Virus record (IMG/VR): IMGVR_UViG_3300025889_000132
Span: 1-59,210 of that record
Source of the DNA: a virus
Taxonomy: Duplodnaviria > Caudoviricetes
Reading direction: 5' to 3' (one strand)
Length of the DNA: 59,210 nucleotides
How positions within the stretch are numbered: the stretch's first letter is position 1; every line of letters starts with the position of its first letter. The position numbers and the translations under genes are program-made. The notes under the pieces are model-generated. The model saw only the letters and a list, made by a program, of their open reading frames with translations. It did not search any database and was not told where the DNA came from. Positions 1-9,527 of this stretch are shown piece after piece.

Positions 1-67
1 AGTGCGTACTGATTCAGAATTTCGCGTTCGGGGTCGAGGCACCCGCAATTCTGAATCAGTACGCACT
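1..67. repeat. Perfect 21-bp inverted repeat at the window end (1-21 / 47-67)
   Basis: agtgcgtactgattcagaatt is the reverse complement of aattctgaatcagtacgcact. Confidence 0.9.
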
Positions 68-482
68 AAACCTGGAAGGCGTTCTTGATAGCGCCCTTGC
101 CTGGGGTGGTCGTGCCGCTGATGCGATCCGTGGTTATGCCGATTTCGCTGTTAATGAGCACCAGGAGAACCTGGCTTACAACGAGATCCTGACCAATCCC
201 GATGTGCTCAGCGATTACACCCTGAAGTTCTTCGGTCCCGAAGGTCCTTGCCCGGTGTATGAGAACGAAGCTCAGCTGGAAACCGAAGGTTATCCGACTG
301 CTCCTGCTGCTGTAACACAAGGTCAGTTCCCTGCACCTCCTGCAGCTGCCGCTCCTCAGCAACCTGAGAACTTCTGGGGTACGTTCAACGATCAAATGAC
401 TCGTGATCCTCAGAACGCCTGGCGTGTTCTGAACCAAGCTCAACCTCAGACCGTTGCAAACAAACTATTTGTGATGGAGTGA
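3..482 (+). CDS. 5'-partial virion assembly protein, probably capsid scaffold (Q/P/A-rich C-terminus)
   Basis: The frame of ORF 204..482 stays open to the window start (FAFGVEAPAILNQYALNLEG...). It lies two genes upstream of the MCP. Confidence 0.55.
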   Translation, partial: CVLIQNFAFGVEAPAILNQYALNLEGVLDSALAWGGRAADAIRGYADFAVNEHQENLAYNEILTNPDVLSDYTLKFFGPEGPCPVYENEAQLETEGYPTAPAAVTQGQFPAPPAAAAPQQPENFWGTFNDQMTRDPQNAWRVLNQAQPQTVANKLFVME

Positions 483-1039
483 TCCAGATGAAGCCATTAG
501 GACAAACACGTCCGCTTTTGGCTTATGGAGTTCCCGCCGCCGCAGGTCTTGTGGTTGGCGGGATGCTTTCTAACCAAGGCGAAGATCCAGGCACCGCCGC
601 AATGGGTGGCGCGGCTGCAGCCTTAGGTGCTCGTGGTGGCCTTGGTGCCGCACGAATGGCAGGCCGGTTTGCACCGTTTTTAACGGAAGCCACCCGTTCT
701 GCAATTGTTCCTGTTGGTAAAGCGGTTGCCGAAGCAGCTCGTAAAGCACCTGCAGGTAGCAAAAGGATGCAAGCTCTTGAAGGGGGAGCCAATGTCTTGC
801 GTAGTCTTTATCAAGGTGCAGGACAAATTACTCCTGGAATGGTTCAAAAGAGTGCAGCAGTTGGCGCGGTTCCTCTTGCAGCCGGTCTTGCTGGACTTGG
901 TGGTGTAGCCGCTGGTGCTATTCCATCAGCTGTTGGCGTTCCTGGGTTCCAGGCACAGATGCCTCTTGATCCAGAGTCTTATGGCTCTAGCAACTCACCC
1001 GGTGCTCGTTACAAGGCATCGACAATGCAGTACATGTAA
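479..1039 (+). CDS. Gly/Ala-rich hypothetical protein with hydrophobic segments
   Basis: 186-aa ORF coupled to the upstream stop (GTGA); alternative ATG at 488. Confidence 0.75.
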   Translation: MIQMKPLGQTRPLLAYGVPAAAGLVVGGMLSNQGEDPGTAAMGGAAAALGARGGLGAARMAGRFAPFLTEATRSAIVPVGKAVAEAARKAPAGSKRMQALEGGANVLRSLYQGAGQITPGMVQKSAAVGAVPLAAGLAGLGGVAAGAIPSAVGVPGFQAQMPLDPESYGSSNSPGARYKASTMQYM

Positions 1040-1144
1040 TAAATAAATTACCAACTGCTAAAATTTGTGTTAGATAAGACATAGTAATGTCTGAATCTTT
1101 CACCCGATAACATCAATTCCTGCGACACTGGAGGATAAAACAAA

Positions 1145-2308
1145 GTGTTCATTGATAACGATTTTCCAAAGATTCTTGGTGCGGAACTCTATCGTCCCCA
1201 CCCTGCTTACATCGCGGAAATGGCTGTTGAGCCCGTTGTGGTTCATGACTTCACACGTCAGCCCGGTCAGACCGTTCAGTTAGATCGCTACAAGTTCTGG
1301 GGTACCCCTGGTACGAAGGACAGCCGTGAGCGTATTGCTGATCAGACAATCGGTACCGCTAACAGCCGTAACATCACCAAGGAGAAAGTCCTGGTGGTGC
1401 TCAAGGAGTACACAGGTCCTGCAGACCCGGGTGATCCCACACAGCCTTCGACCTTCAAGATTGCTCGTGAGACCCTGATCACTGCCCAGCGCCTTCTGCT
1501 GGACACGGGCAACCTGAACATGTTCCACCAGAGCATCGGTTCCCTGACCCTGCTCGATGACTATCGCCGTTGGCGTGACCGCGTCTTCATTGACGAACTG
1601 TCTAAAGCTGAAGCAAACGGTGAAGCTTCTTCTTCCCAGGGTGGTTACTACTTTGCTGGTGGTAAGACCAAGGACTCCTCTGGTCGTATCTCCTACACCA
1701 CCACTGAGTATGACAACCAAGTTCAACAGTTCTCGGTTCGTACCGACCTGCTGACTGTTGTTAAGGACCTGCGTAAGCGCAACGTTCCTACATTCTCTGA
1801 CGGTCTGTATCGCTGCATCTGCGATCCCGTCTTCATGATGCACCTGCGTCGTGATTCTGACTTCCGTGAGATCGCCCGTTACGCTGGCGCTCCTGGTCAA
1901 GGCATGTACATGGGCAACCCCATGATGCCTAACAACACCAGCTTCTACATGGGTCCCCAGGCTGGTCAGGGTTACTTCCTGGCTGGTGAGCCTGTGATGC
2001 CTACTGGTGTTCAGTTCGAAGGCGTTAAGTTCTTCGAGTCGACCAACTTCCCCAGCAAGAGCGTCAACACCTCCTTCGATAACGGCTCCAGCTATGCCTC
2101 GAAGGAAGTTGCTCAGGGTTACTTCTTCGGTCCTCAAGCTATCGGTGTTGGTATCGGCGGCCCGAACGCTCAGGTGCTGATCAACAACAACGACGACTTC
2201 AGCCGTTTCATTATCCTGATCTGGCAACTGTATGCAGGTTTCGAAATCCTGAACAAGGACTTCGTTACAACTGCCTTCAGCTACCTGCAAGACGACGGCA
2301 CTGTTTGA
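1145..2308 (+). CDS. Major capsid protein (HK97 fold)
   Basis: 387 aa; GGAGG RBS at ~1130; strongly biased codons; N-terminal 'DFTRQPGQTVQLDRY' and C-terminal 'DDFSRFIILIWQLYAGFEIL' resemble MCP motifs. Confidence 0.85.
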   Translation: MFIDNDFPKILGAELYRPHPAYIAEMAVEPVVVHDFTRQPGQTVQLDRYKFWGTPGTKDSRERIADQTIGTANSRNITKEKVLVVLKEYTGPADPGDPTQPSTFKIARETLITAQRLLLDTGNLNMFHQSIGSLTLLDDYRRWRDRVFIDELSKAEANGEASSSQGGYYFAGGKTKDSSGRISYTTTEYDNQVQQFSVRTDLLTVVKDLRKRNVPTFSDGLYRCICDPVFMMHLRRDSDFREIARYAGAPGQGMYMGNPMMPNNTSFYMGPQAGQGYFLAGEPVMPTGVQFEGVKFFESTNFPSKSVNTSFDNGSSYASKEVAQGYFFGPQAIGVGIGGPNAQVLINNNDDFSRFIILIWQLYAGFEILNKDFVTTAFSYLQDDGTV

Positions 2309-2341
2309 TCAAAATAGTATTTAACATTTAGGACAAAATAG

Positions 2342-3139
2342 ATGAGCTATTTATCTGCTAAGAAAATCTACCCGGGTAACTGGGCAGAAGCTCTGAACGG
2401 TTGGTATCGCAATATCGACACCACAGACGACGGTACTAATAATGCCTCTAACGGCGGCCCCACTTCGGTGTTGGCCGTCCCTGGCTACCGTTACTTCCAG
2501 CAGCGCGGCTACGTGGCCGTGGCTGCTACTTCTGGTTCCCCCCTGGCAACCGGCAATGTGATCGTTCCTTCCCCTTATCGGAACGACACAACCCGTCCTG
2601 ATATCACCGGCATGGTGATCTCTGGCAGCAGCACTCAGCCTGCATACGTGTATCGCACCGCCGTCTCCGTGGCTTCCGGCTGGGGCGACAACCGTGTCTC
2701 TTCTGGTGTGTTTGCTGCTACAGGTAACGTCATCTCCTTCGGTCGCGATGACAGTGGTCCTACCGCTGCTTCCGGCGTTGGTGAAGCCGTGATTCAGGCA
2801 AACCTGACCTCCACCGTTTCTGGTGACGCTGCTACCAAGATTTACTTCGCTGGTGGTAGCCAAGCTTTCGGTGAAAACCCCTTCATCACCGCTACAGGTG
2901 CTGCAGGTGTTTCTGGTGGCATCGTGTACTACGAAGCAACCGCCGCCACCACCATGAAGGTGTTTGCGAAAGGTACTGCTAACGGCACCAGCACTTCTGG
3001 CGGTATTTATATCTCCGATGCTGACTCGAACGCTGGCCTCACCGGTTACCTGGTTGTGGAAATCTGCTACATCCAACCCGATGACGCTCCTGGCTACGAG
3101 GACATCGAAGCCTATCTGCCTAACCGTACAGTTAGCTGA
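2342..3139 (+). CDS. Abundant virion structural protein (capsid decoration/minor capsid)
   Basis: Directly follows the MCP with the same codon bias; S/T/G-rich. Confidence 0.65.
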   Translation: MSYLSAKKIYPGNWAEALNGWYRNIDTTDDGTNNASNGGPTSVLAVPGYRYFQQRGYVAVAATSGSPLATGNVIVPSPYRNDTTRPDITGMVISGSSTQPAYVYRTAVSVASGWGDNRVSSGVFAATGNVISFGRDDSGPTAASGVGEAVIQANLTSTVSGDAATKIYFAGGSQAFGENPFITATGAAGVSGGIVYYEATAATTMKVFAKGTANGTSTSGGIYISDADSNAGLTGYLVVEICYIQPDDAPGYEDIEAYLPNRTVS

Positions 3140-3151
3140 ATAAGTTAAACT

Positions 3152-3176
3152 AGGACCAGAAATTAACTCTGGTCCT
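3152..3176 (+). promoter_or_regulatory. Hairpin (aggaccaga / tctggtcct) directly before ATG 3178
   Basis: 9-bp perfect inverted repeat with a 7-nt loop. Confidence 0.5.
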
Positions 3177-3177
3177 T

Positions 3178-3588
3178 ATGCTTTATCAGCACAAAAAAAC
3201 AGGCGCTAATGTAAAGGTTGTAAGCGAATGGGATAACGGCGATTGGTTCATGGTTGAAGACCAGGATGGTCGCCTTTTCACCGCTTACAAAACTGAATTA
3301 GTTGCTGACGAAAGCGCAACTAAAAAAGTTAAAGCGCTCCAGGTTAAAGATAAAGCCGCCCAGGAGGAACCTCGGTCGTTTCCCCCCGATACCCGATTGA
3401 ATATCAACGGTGCAACTGCACAGATGATTGCCGATCACATTAAAGGTATTGGAATGAAGACTGCCCGAGAGATCAAAGATCTTCAGATGTCCTTATCGGG
3501 TGAAAGGTTTAGCTCTCTCGAGCAATTGAAACAAATTAAACGAGTCGACTGGGATGCTGTTATTTCTGCAAACCTAATCCGAGTGTAA
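3178..3588 (+). CDS. Helix-hairpin-helix (ComEA-like) DNA-binding protein
   Basis: 'LNINGATAQMIADHIKGIGMKTAREI...FSSLEQLKQIKRV' fits the ComEA/HhH_3 pattern. Confidence 0.75.
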   Translation: MLYQHKKTGANVKVVSEWDNGDWFMVEDQDGRLFTAYKTELVADESATKKVKALQVKDKAAQEEPRSFPPDTRLNINGATAQMIADHIKGIGMKTAREIKDLQMSLSGERFSSLEQLKQIKRVDWDAVISANLIRV

Positions 3589-3602
3589 TAAGTTTCATCA
3601 TT

Positions 3603-3628
3603 AAACCCCTGGGAAACCAGGGGTTTTT
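3603..3628 (+). terminator. Rho-independent terminator
   Basis: aaacccctgg-GAAA-ccaggggttt followed by T-run, after the capsid operon. Confidence 0.85.
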
Positions 3629-3707
3629 AATTCTAAAATAAGAAGATAAGAGTCCTGTGTTCTGGGAATACTTAAACTTATTTTTCACTGTTGCTACTTC
3701 TGTTGTA

Positions 3708-4499
3708 ATGGCCTATACTCCAATCCGTTCAGGTTTTACTGGCCCCAGTGCAAAGATTGGAGGGTCAAGTGATTATCATATTGACTTAAAAATGCTGGAA
3801 TCGCTCCCCATCGGGGAACGTGTCAAAGCGGTTGATTCATTAGCAAAAAAGTATGCATCAATTGGACGTGAGATTGAGTTCTCTAATCAAGCAGTTGCAG
3901 GCCAACGCTGGAACCCAGAGGCCGACTTAGCAACACGGGTTGACTTACTCAATCGAGCAGGTGCTGCCCACAGTAAACGTCCTGGCTGGCAGTCGTTAGA
4001 TTTTTATGTCCCGTTTAAAGGCAAAAGCCGTTTTGATAAAGGCGCTGTAGAAGATGCCTCAATCTTTTTACCTGGAGTAGCAGGCGGCAGTGTTCGCCGT
4101 GGTACTGCTAAAGACTACGGATATTTCTCTGAATCCCTGGATCCCAAAGGCAATGTTCTTTTCCGTGTTGGTCACGGGAACATTGATCGTCCGGAGGCTA
4201 ATGAAAATATGGTAATTTCTCAGTTACCTCAGAAGCCTTCTGCTCCTCCTCTGCAAGAGAAGGTTTCGTCACAGGATAATCTTGCAGCTTATCGCCAAGG
4301 TTTATTTGATGCCCTTGGAATGACAAAACCGCAAGAAGAAAAGAAACAAAAACCTTCATTAACGCAGTCTTTATTATCTGGTGTTCTTGCCAATGCGTTC
4401 CAGGGTAATCCTTTTATGCGTAATTACATGCAGCAAAATCCTTACATGCAAGGCAGAACTCAATCAACCACTGATTTCTTATCAGGACTACTTGGTTGA
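3708..4499 (+). CDS. Virion protein with circularly permuted M23-peptidase-like motifs
   Basis: GFTG..GSSDYHID near the N-terminus; H(x)nD, G.V....YG and GHG motifs further in. ATG 3708 preferred. Confidence 0.5.
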   Translation: MAYTPIRSGFTGPSAKIGGSSDYHIDLKMLESLPIGERVKAVDSLAKKYASIGREIEFSNQAVAGQRWNPEADLATRVDLLNRAGAAHSKRPGWQSLDFYVPFKGKSRFDKGAVEDASIFLPGVAGGSVRRGTAKDYGYFSESLDPKGNVLFRVGHGNIDRPEANENMVISQLPQKPSAPPLQEKVSSQDNLAAYRQGLFDALGMTKPQEEKKQKPSLTQSLLSGVLANAFQGNPFMRNYMQQNPYMQGRTQSTTDFLSGLLG

Positions 4500-4538
4500 T
4501 TACTGCAATCTATAATTAATTGATGACAGAGAATTATT

Positions 4539-5000
4539 GTGCAGCTCTCTGATTTTGACAAAAGTAGAATTAGGTATCATTTAGGGTACTTTACTGTTTC
4601 CGTGCCAGCAGGTGATTATGCCCGCCTGGAAGAAGCAATGAATACAGTACCTGATTCTTATTTCTACGATAAGATTACAATTCAGATTGGCAGGTGTGAC
4701 ACTGCCGAGAAGAAGACAGAGGTTGCAACTTCTCCGTCGACTCGCCTGGAAAGTATTGTTGGTGACGTTGATCGTACCATCCGATCAAGCAATGCCAAGG
4801 AGGCATTAAAAGTTTGGGATGAGATTTACCTGTACGAGACAAACCGTCTTGCAGGTATTTTGTACGTTCCTAACTACAAAGATCCGCTGCAGGCAAGATA
4901 CCGTTTTGAGCGTTCTGGTGCTGAATTTATTCAGGCACTCCCTGGTCCTGCCGACACCGCCGTTGGTTCCCGTATTTACTTAAGAGAGGTTTGCCGATAA
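4539..5000 (+). CDS. Putative head-tail adaptor/head completion protein
   Basis: 153 aa, 'DKSRIRYHLGY' N-terminus, position in the structural module. Confidence 0.55.
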   Translation: MQLSDFDKSRIRYHLGYFTVSVPAGDYARLEEAMNTVPDSYFYDKITIQIGRCDTAEKKTEVATSPSTRLESIVGDVDRTIRSSNAKEALKVWDEIYLYETNRLAGILYVPNYKDPLQARYRFERSGAEFIQALPGPADTAVGSRIYLREVCR

Positions 5001-6112
5001 TGCCTAACCAAGATTTTTTAGCGAATTTTCTTTCAAATAGAACAACTTCAGCTGCCCCCAGAAACTTAAAGTTCCTCTCTGATGCGGCTGGAAACGTTTT
5101 ATCACGTGTCATACCCCCAGGTGTGAACTGGGGAGGATTACCAACAAGTTTTCTTAGCGAATTAGATCGAATTAATAAGATGTCTCCTGGAGCAGCAAAA
5201 GAAGCTGCTCGTACAGCAGCAAAAACAACCTTAACGCGTTCAGCAGTAACGCCTCCCGTAAGACCACCAATTAGTGCTGCTGGACCAGGGGGAATGCTTC
5301 GTGCACCTGCTTTAAATACACCTTCAGCAGCAGGGACAATTCTTTCCCGTGGTCCTGTATCTCAGATTCCAGGTAGCCCCGTTCAGTTCGATCCCGCTTT
5401 ACGTCGTCAATTTGGATGGACGGGAGGAGCTAGACAGGTCGCTGAAAAGCTGGTTCCACAAGGAAGCGCAGTATCTGCACCATCTATTAAGCCTAGCTTT
5501 GCTATGGCTAAGGAACTAAGAGCCGTTCCAGGGGTTTTAGCAAACGCTGGAGGCGTCTATACTGGCTGGGAACTTTTTAATCTAGGAAGAACAGGAAGTC
5601 TTTTAGATAAAGCTTTAAATGCTATTCCAGATACATCAGATCGTGATCTGGGAAGAATGTCATATGAGGCATTGAAAAAGACTGGTGGGCAAGCTATGAA
5701 TGAAACATCTTATATCGCAAATGAATTATTGCAAGGAAGACTACCTTACTCTTCGACTGGATTAGCACCTGTTGCTACGACAACTCCAGAGCGTCCAATT
5801 GCAAATCTTCCTCCTAATTACAAGCAAACTGAATTAGAAACAGGTGCAGCAGCGGAAGCTTTCCGCTCGGGTGCAGGTTTCCCTGGTCAGCAGTTATTTG
5901 TACCGGTTGTCCCTCAACTTTCTCCAGAAGAACGTGCATACAATCAAGAACGTTCACGTATTGCTCAGTTAACATCTGCTACTCCAGAAGAGCGCAGCAA
6001 ACTCCGCGATGAAGGAATGAGAATCTGGGCAGATAAATACCGTAATTTAGCCAAGGACGTAAAGCCAGGTCAGTCTGGCTATGAGGTCATTCAACAGGTG
6101 TTAAATAAATAA
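5000..6112 (+). CDS. Hypothetical protein, possibly an internal virion (ejection) protein
   Basis: TAATG coupling; P/A/G-rich. Confidence 0.6.
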   Translation: MPNQDFLANFLSNRTTSAAPRNLKFLSDAAGNVLSRVIPPGVNWGGLPTSFLSELDRINKMSPGAAKEAARTAAKTTLTRSAVTPPVRPPISAAGPGGMLRAPALNTPSAAGTILSRGPVSQIPGSPVQFDPALRRQFGWTGGARQVAEKLVPQGSAVSAPSIKPSFAMAKELRAVPGVLANAGGVYTGWELFNLGRTGSLLDKALNAIPDTSDRDLGRMSYEALKKTGGQAMNETSYIANELLQGRLPYSSTGLAPVATTTPERPIANLPPNYKQTELETGAAAEAFRSGAGFPGQQLFVPVVPQLSPEERAYNQERSRIAQLTSATPEERSKLRDEGMRIWADKYRNLAKDVKPGQSGYEVIQQVLNK

Positions 6113-6115
6113 ATA

Positions 6116-6379
6116 ATGGCAAATTTTGCAGACTATATCAACTCTGATTATTTACCGGGTCAGGTACGTCGCGCCACCTACGGTGACGCTTCGCCAATGA
6201 ATGTTCTTGAATATAATTTACGTAAGAAACTAAAGTTCCAGCCAAAGTCAAATATTGCTGGTAAATATCTTGAAGAGTTCCTGGGGCTCACAACAAACCC
6301 AGATGGTTTTGCACAACAAGCTTTCCAGCTTCCAGCTGAATTTAATGCCTTTAGCAAAATGGGCCAATACGCTGGTTGA
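6116..6379 (+). CDS. Hypothetical protein
   Basis: 87-aa ORF in operon. Confidence 0.65.
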   Translation: MANFADYINSDYLPGQVRRATYGDASPMNVLEYNLRKKLKFQPKSNIAGKYLEEFLGLTTNPDGFAQQAFQLPAEFNAFSKMGQYAG

Positions 6380-6419
6380 ACCCTTTAACTTATAATTATC
6401 TAAAGCAACGGTAAAAATA

Positions 6420-7199
6420 GTGTCCTCTACCTCAACAAACAAACAACCTGTATTTTCTGATCGCCCACTGTTTGATGCAGTGCGTGTTACAACCCAGACT
6501 GTTGGTAGTGCTTCCAGCAATACTCTGTTCGTTCAAGGTGGTCAGGCTCCGTCCATCCTGGTAGACATGGATGCAGAGCTGAGTGAAGATAACAACAATG
6601 GTGGTGTTGTTGACTCTATTACGATTGTTCGTAACGATAAGTACAGGGATGCTGATTACACAGTCAACACCACGACATCTGGCGATGTCATCTCTCTGAG
6701 CAGTGGTCAGATTGTTTTTATCGCTGAAACTGGTGTACTCGCTACGGCAGCCGAGAGTGGCTACGGTTACTACACATATACAGGCGCAACAACACTGACA
6801 GGTGTTAATACAGATTTAATTTATTCAGGTGGTATTGGTAGCGGGTTTACTTACAACGGTGTTGCTTACGGTGATTTACCGGCAGCTACATTTGTTTTCT
6901 ATCACACCCGTGGTACCACCACTCCGATCCCTGCAAGCGGCGACTATCGAGTTCTCTTCTCGAAGACTGTGCCTGCCAATAGTGGTCAAGTCGATTGCTC
7001 TGACGTGATGCCTCAGCTGGCATATCCAATGCCCAGTGCAGGTAATACCGCTGGTTTAGGTTCAGCTTCTCCACTGCGGAACAAAGGTATTTACCTTGAG
7101 CGTGGTGACCGTATCTACGTTGGTGTGTTCCCTGACGGTCCCAACGTTTCTGGATATACAGCTGGTGCGCACGTTTACGCACAAGGCGGATTCTTCTAA
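6420..7199 (+). CDS. Virion structural protein
   Basis: Beta-rich and S/T/G-rich; structural module. Confidence 0.65.
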   Translation: MSSTSTNKQPVFSDRPLFDAVRVTTQTVGSASSNTLFVQGGQAPSILVDMDAELSEDNNNGGVVDSITIVRNDKYRDADYTVNTTTSGDVISLSSGQIVFIAETGVLATAAESGYGYYTYTGATTLTGVNTDLIYSGGIGSGFTYNGVAYGDLPAATFVFYHTRGTTTPIPASGDYRVLFSKTVPANSGQVDCSDVMPQLAYPMPSAGNTAGLGSASPLRNKGIYLERGDRIYVGVFPDGPNVSGYTAGAHVYAQGGFF

Positions 7200-7202
7200 A
7201 CC

Positions 7203-8765
7203 ATGGCGAAAAAGAGTGGAAGCTCTTTTGGCAGTTTTAACCGGGCGGAAAAGTTTGATCTCCGTCCGGTAGTTCCTATTGACACTGAGTTTTCTAAAGG
7301 TTCTGTACCTGACTCTCTTTATGCGTCCAACCGTGCGTCTGCATGGTCTCGCTGGAGAAGAGGGTATGAAATTGCAACAGCTTCCATTTACGACAATTCA
7401 TACGACTATCCTTTCACATACGCAGTCCCTGTCCCCCGTGGAACTCCGACAACCACTGGAAACCCCCCAACAATTCCTGGTGTCTTCAAAGGGTTCCCCA
7501 CGACAAATAAAGAATTTGGTATGCACTGGGCTGGCATACGGGTGGCTGGCAGTTTACGCTTTGACAATGTTGTCGATAGTGGCGGCGTCCGTGCTTCTAT
7601 TGCTTCTGTCACTGAAGACGATGACTTCTGGTACGTTCAATTAACAGGTTCCTGGAGCGTTACTAATCCATTACCACCTCCGTTGTATGTGGCGATACCG
7701 GGGGTGCCAGGGGGACTCAAAGCTATCAATGGTGAGATATTAGAAGATCGTGTAATCAATCCTGGTGATCCACCGATTACACGCGATACGATCGATCCAA
7801 CAACTCAAAAGAGATATGGGTACGTGCAAGCCGTACTGGAAGACACTAATCCATTTACAGGTGTTTTAAAACTAAGGAAAGCTGGCTCTGTTGAAGCAAC
7901 ACCAGACCGAGCATTGGTTACCCCGGCAACCAGGCCACCAAACGTTGATCGGTTCTTTATTACAGGAACTCGTTACTGTTGTTCCTGCCAAGACTTTAAT
8001 CGTCGTGATTACTCTTTTATGACATCGTTAAGCACGGTGTCAGATTCACTTGCCAAAGCTTTTCCACGCACAAATCTTTCTGCATTAAAGCCAGGGCGTT
8101 ACGAGATTATGACATTGAGCGGTGTTGTTGATAATAGTGCTATGACAAATGCAACGGTTAATCGAGATATGGAGATCGTTTCTCCATCACCTGCATATAA
8201 CGTACCTCCAACTGTTACACCAACCACCTCGACCGTCCCTGGAGCAGCACGAGACAATCCAGGTGTATTCAGAGATTTCGGTGGAATGTATTTAAGGAGT
8301 ACACCAGATCCATCAGTACCTGGTTCTAAGGCAGAAGGGATGCCCTCTTATGCGGATTATGCAGCTTCTGGAAACGTCATCACGTCTTTAACAGACGTTT
8401 GGACACCGCTTTTAGATGAAGTTAGATACTGCAAGCATATCTATGCAATGAAGTATGAGGAGGGAGTATTCCCACCTGAACCGTCTGATTTTCCGGTTGG
8501 AATAGGCAGCATGGCAGCCTGGGAACAAAAACTGGTTAAAGATACTGAAAAACAACAAGCGAGTGCCAAAGCTGCTGCTTTGCAACGGGGTGCATTGTCA
8601 ATGATGGATGTACCTCCGTATAACTGTCAGGCACCAATGATGATGCCAATGATGCAAAAACTATTTAATATTCCATCTACTTTTGTAAAGATGGATGGAT
8701 TTACTATGATCGATAAGAATGGGAAAAAATACATCCCAGCTTCTGGCGAATTACCAAGTGTTTGA
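7203..8765 (+). CDS. Structural-module protein with a split SWIM-like zinc finger
   Basis: CSCQDF...CKHIYA motif. Confidence 0.65.
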   Translation: MAKKSGSSFGSFNRAEKFDLRPVVPIDTEFSKGSVPDSLYASNRASAWSRWRRGYEIATASIYDNSYDYPFTYAVPVPRGTPTTTGNPPTIPGVFKGFPTTNKEFGMHWAGIRVAGSLRFDNVVDSGGVRASIASVTEDDDFWYVQLTGSWSVTNPLPPPLYVAIPGVPGGLKAINGEILEDRVINPGDPPITRDTIDPTTQKRYGYVQAVLEDTNPFTGVLKLRKAGSVEATPDRALVTPATRPPNVDRFFITGTRYCCSCQDFNRRDYSFMTSLSTVSDSLAKAFPRTNLSALKPGRYEIMTLSGVVDNSAMTNATVNRDMEIVSPSPAYNVPPTVTPTTSTVPGAARDNPGVFRDFGGMYLRSTPDPSVPGSKAEGMPSYADYAASGNVITSLTDVWTPLLDEVRYCKHIYAMKYEEGVFPPEPSDFPVGIGSMAAWEQKLVKDTEKQQASAKAAALQRGALSMMDVPPYNCQAPMMMPMMQKLFNIPSTFVKMDGFTMIDKNGKKYIPASGELPSV

Positions 8766-8767
8766 TT

Positions 8768-8989
8768 ATGCCCGAGTTTGGTGACGTTGTTGATTCAAAC
8801 TTTATTTATTCTTCTGGTCAAATTGACGGAAGGATTTATGGCGACAGCGCCATTTCATACAGCGGAAATCCCACTGTTTACCACGTAGGAGATGTAGTAC
8901 ATTTGCCCTACCAATCTGGTGAGCGATCAACCATAGAGGCGGTTGGGCTTGCCTGGCAAGCTTTTGCGACGGGCGGTGTTCCTGAATAA
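8768..8989 (+). CDS. Hypothetical protein
   Basis: Short ORF continuing the operon. Confidence 0.6.
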   Translation: MPEFGDVVDSNFIYSSGQIDGRIYGDSAISYSGNPTVYHVGDVVHLPYQSGERSTIEAVGLAWQAFATGGVPE

Positions 8990-9104
8990 CATAAATCTAT
9001 AATAAATCTTAATGAGTCTTATTGGACTTATTAAGCAATCCTTTCGCTGTTGCTGCCAATACCCGCCTTTGTATAAGGTGCAGGTATCAAGGCAATACAA
9101 AATC

Positions 9105-9527
9105 ATGACCCATCAACCTCCGATTGATCAGAGGATTATTGACGAGTACTTCCAGTTGGCTACTACTCGAAAGAACCGGGACGTTGGCTGGCTTTACGGC
9201 ATGGTCGCCACCTACGGCATCAAGCCAGAACAGCTATCAGGTTTCGAGTGGGGTCCAGATAACAGCATTTTTATTCCGAGCAGAAAACGACCTATTCGTC
9301 CCTTCCATTCCCAGTGGGTCTTCCTGTTTAATCTCAAAGAAAAACAGCCCTGCGAATTGCAAGGCTGCTGGAAGTCCCTTTGTTCCTCTCTGTATAAAGC
9401 GATGGCCTATCAGGACATTGAATTAAATGTCACTGATCTCCTTCTGGCGCATCGTTTACGCAAGACCCATTCGAGTCAGTTCAAGCAGCCAAAGGCATCA
9501 TCCCTTGTTTTTGCAGGTGCTTTTTAA
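9105..9527 (+). CDS. Degenerate tyrosine-recombinase-like protein (catalytic-domain fragment)
   Basis: 'WLYGMVATYGIKPEQ' resembles cyanobacterial Int box I (W.yGm.ATYGLRPhE); no intact box II or catalytic Tyr. Confidence 0.6.
   Translation: MTHQPPIDQRIIDEYFQLATTRKNRDVGWLYGMVATYGIKPEQLSGFEWGPDNSIFIPSRKRPIRPFHSQWVFLFNLKEKQPCELQGCWKSLCSSLYKAMAYQDIELNVTDLLLAHRLRKTHSSQFKQPKASSLVFAGAF

Noticed and set aside
1-67. Terminal 21-bp fold-back as a hairpin telomere or genome end
   Set aside because: It sits at the very edge of the window inside an open coding frame. An amplification or assembly fold-back artefact is more likely; read inspection is needed.
1280-3076. Long antisense ORFs (1280..2290, 2351..3076) opposite the capsid genes
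   Set aside because: Typical shadows of strongly biased codon usage; no recognisable motifs.
3178-3588. PsbU photosystem II subunit
   Set aside because: It shares only the HhH fold. There is no signal peptide, and the GIG motif fits ComEA-type DNA binders.
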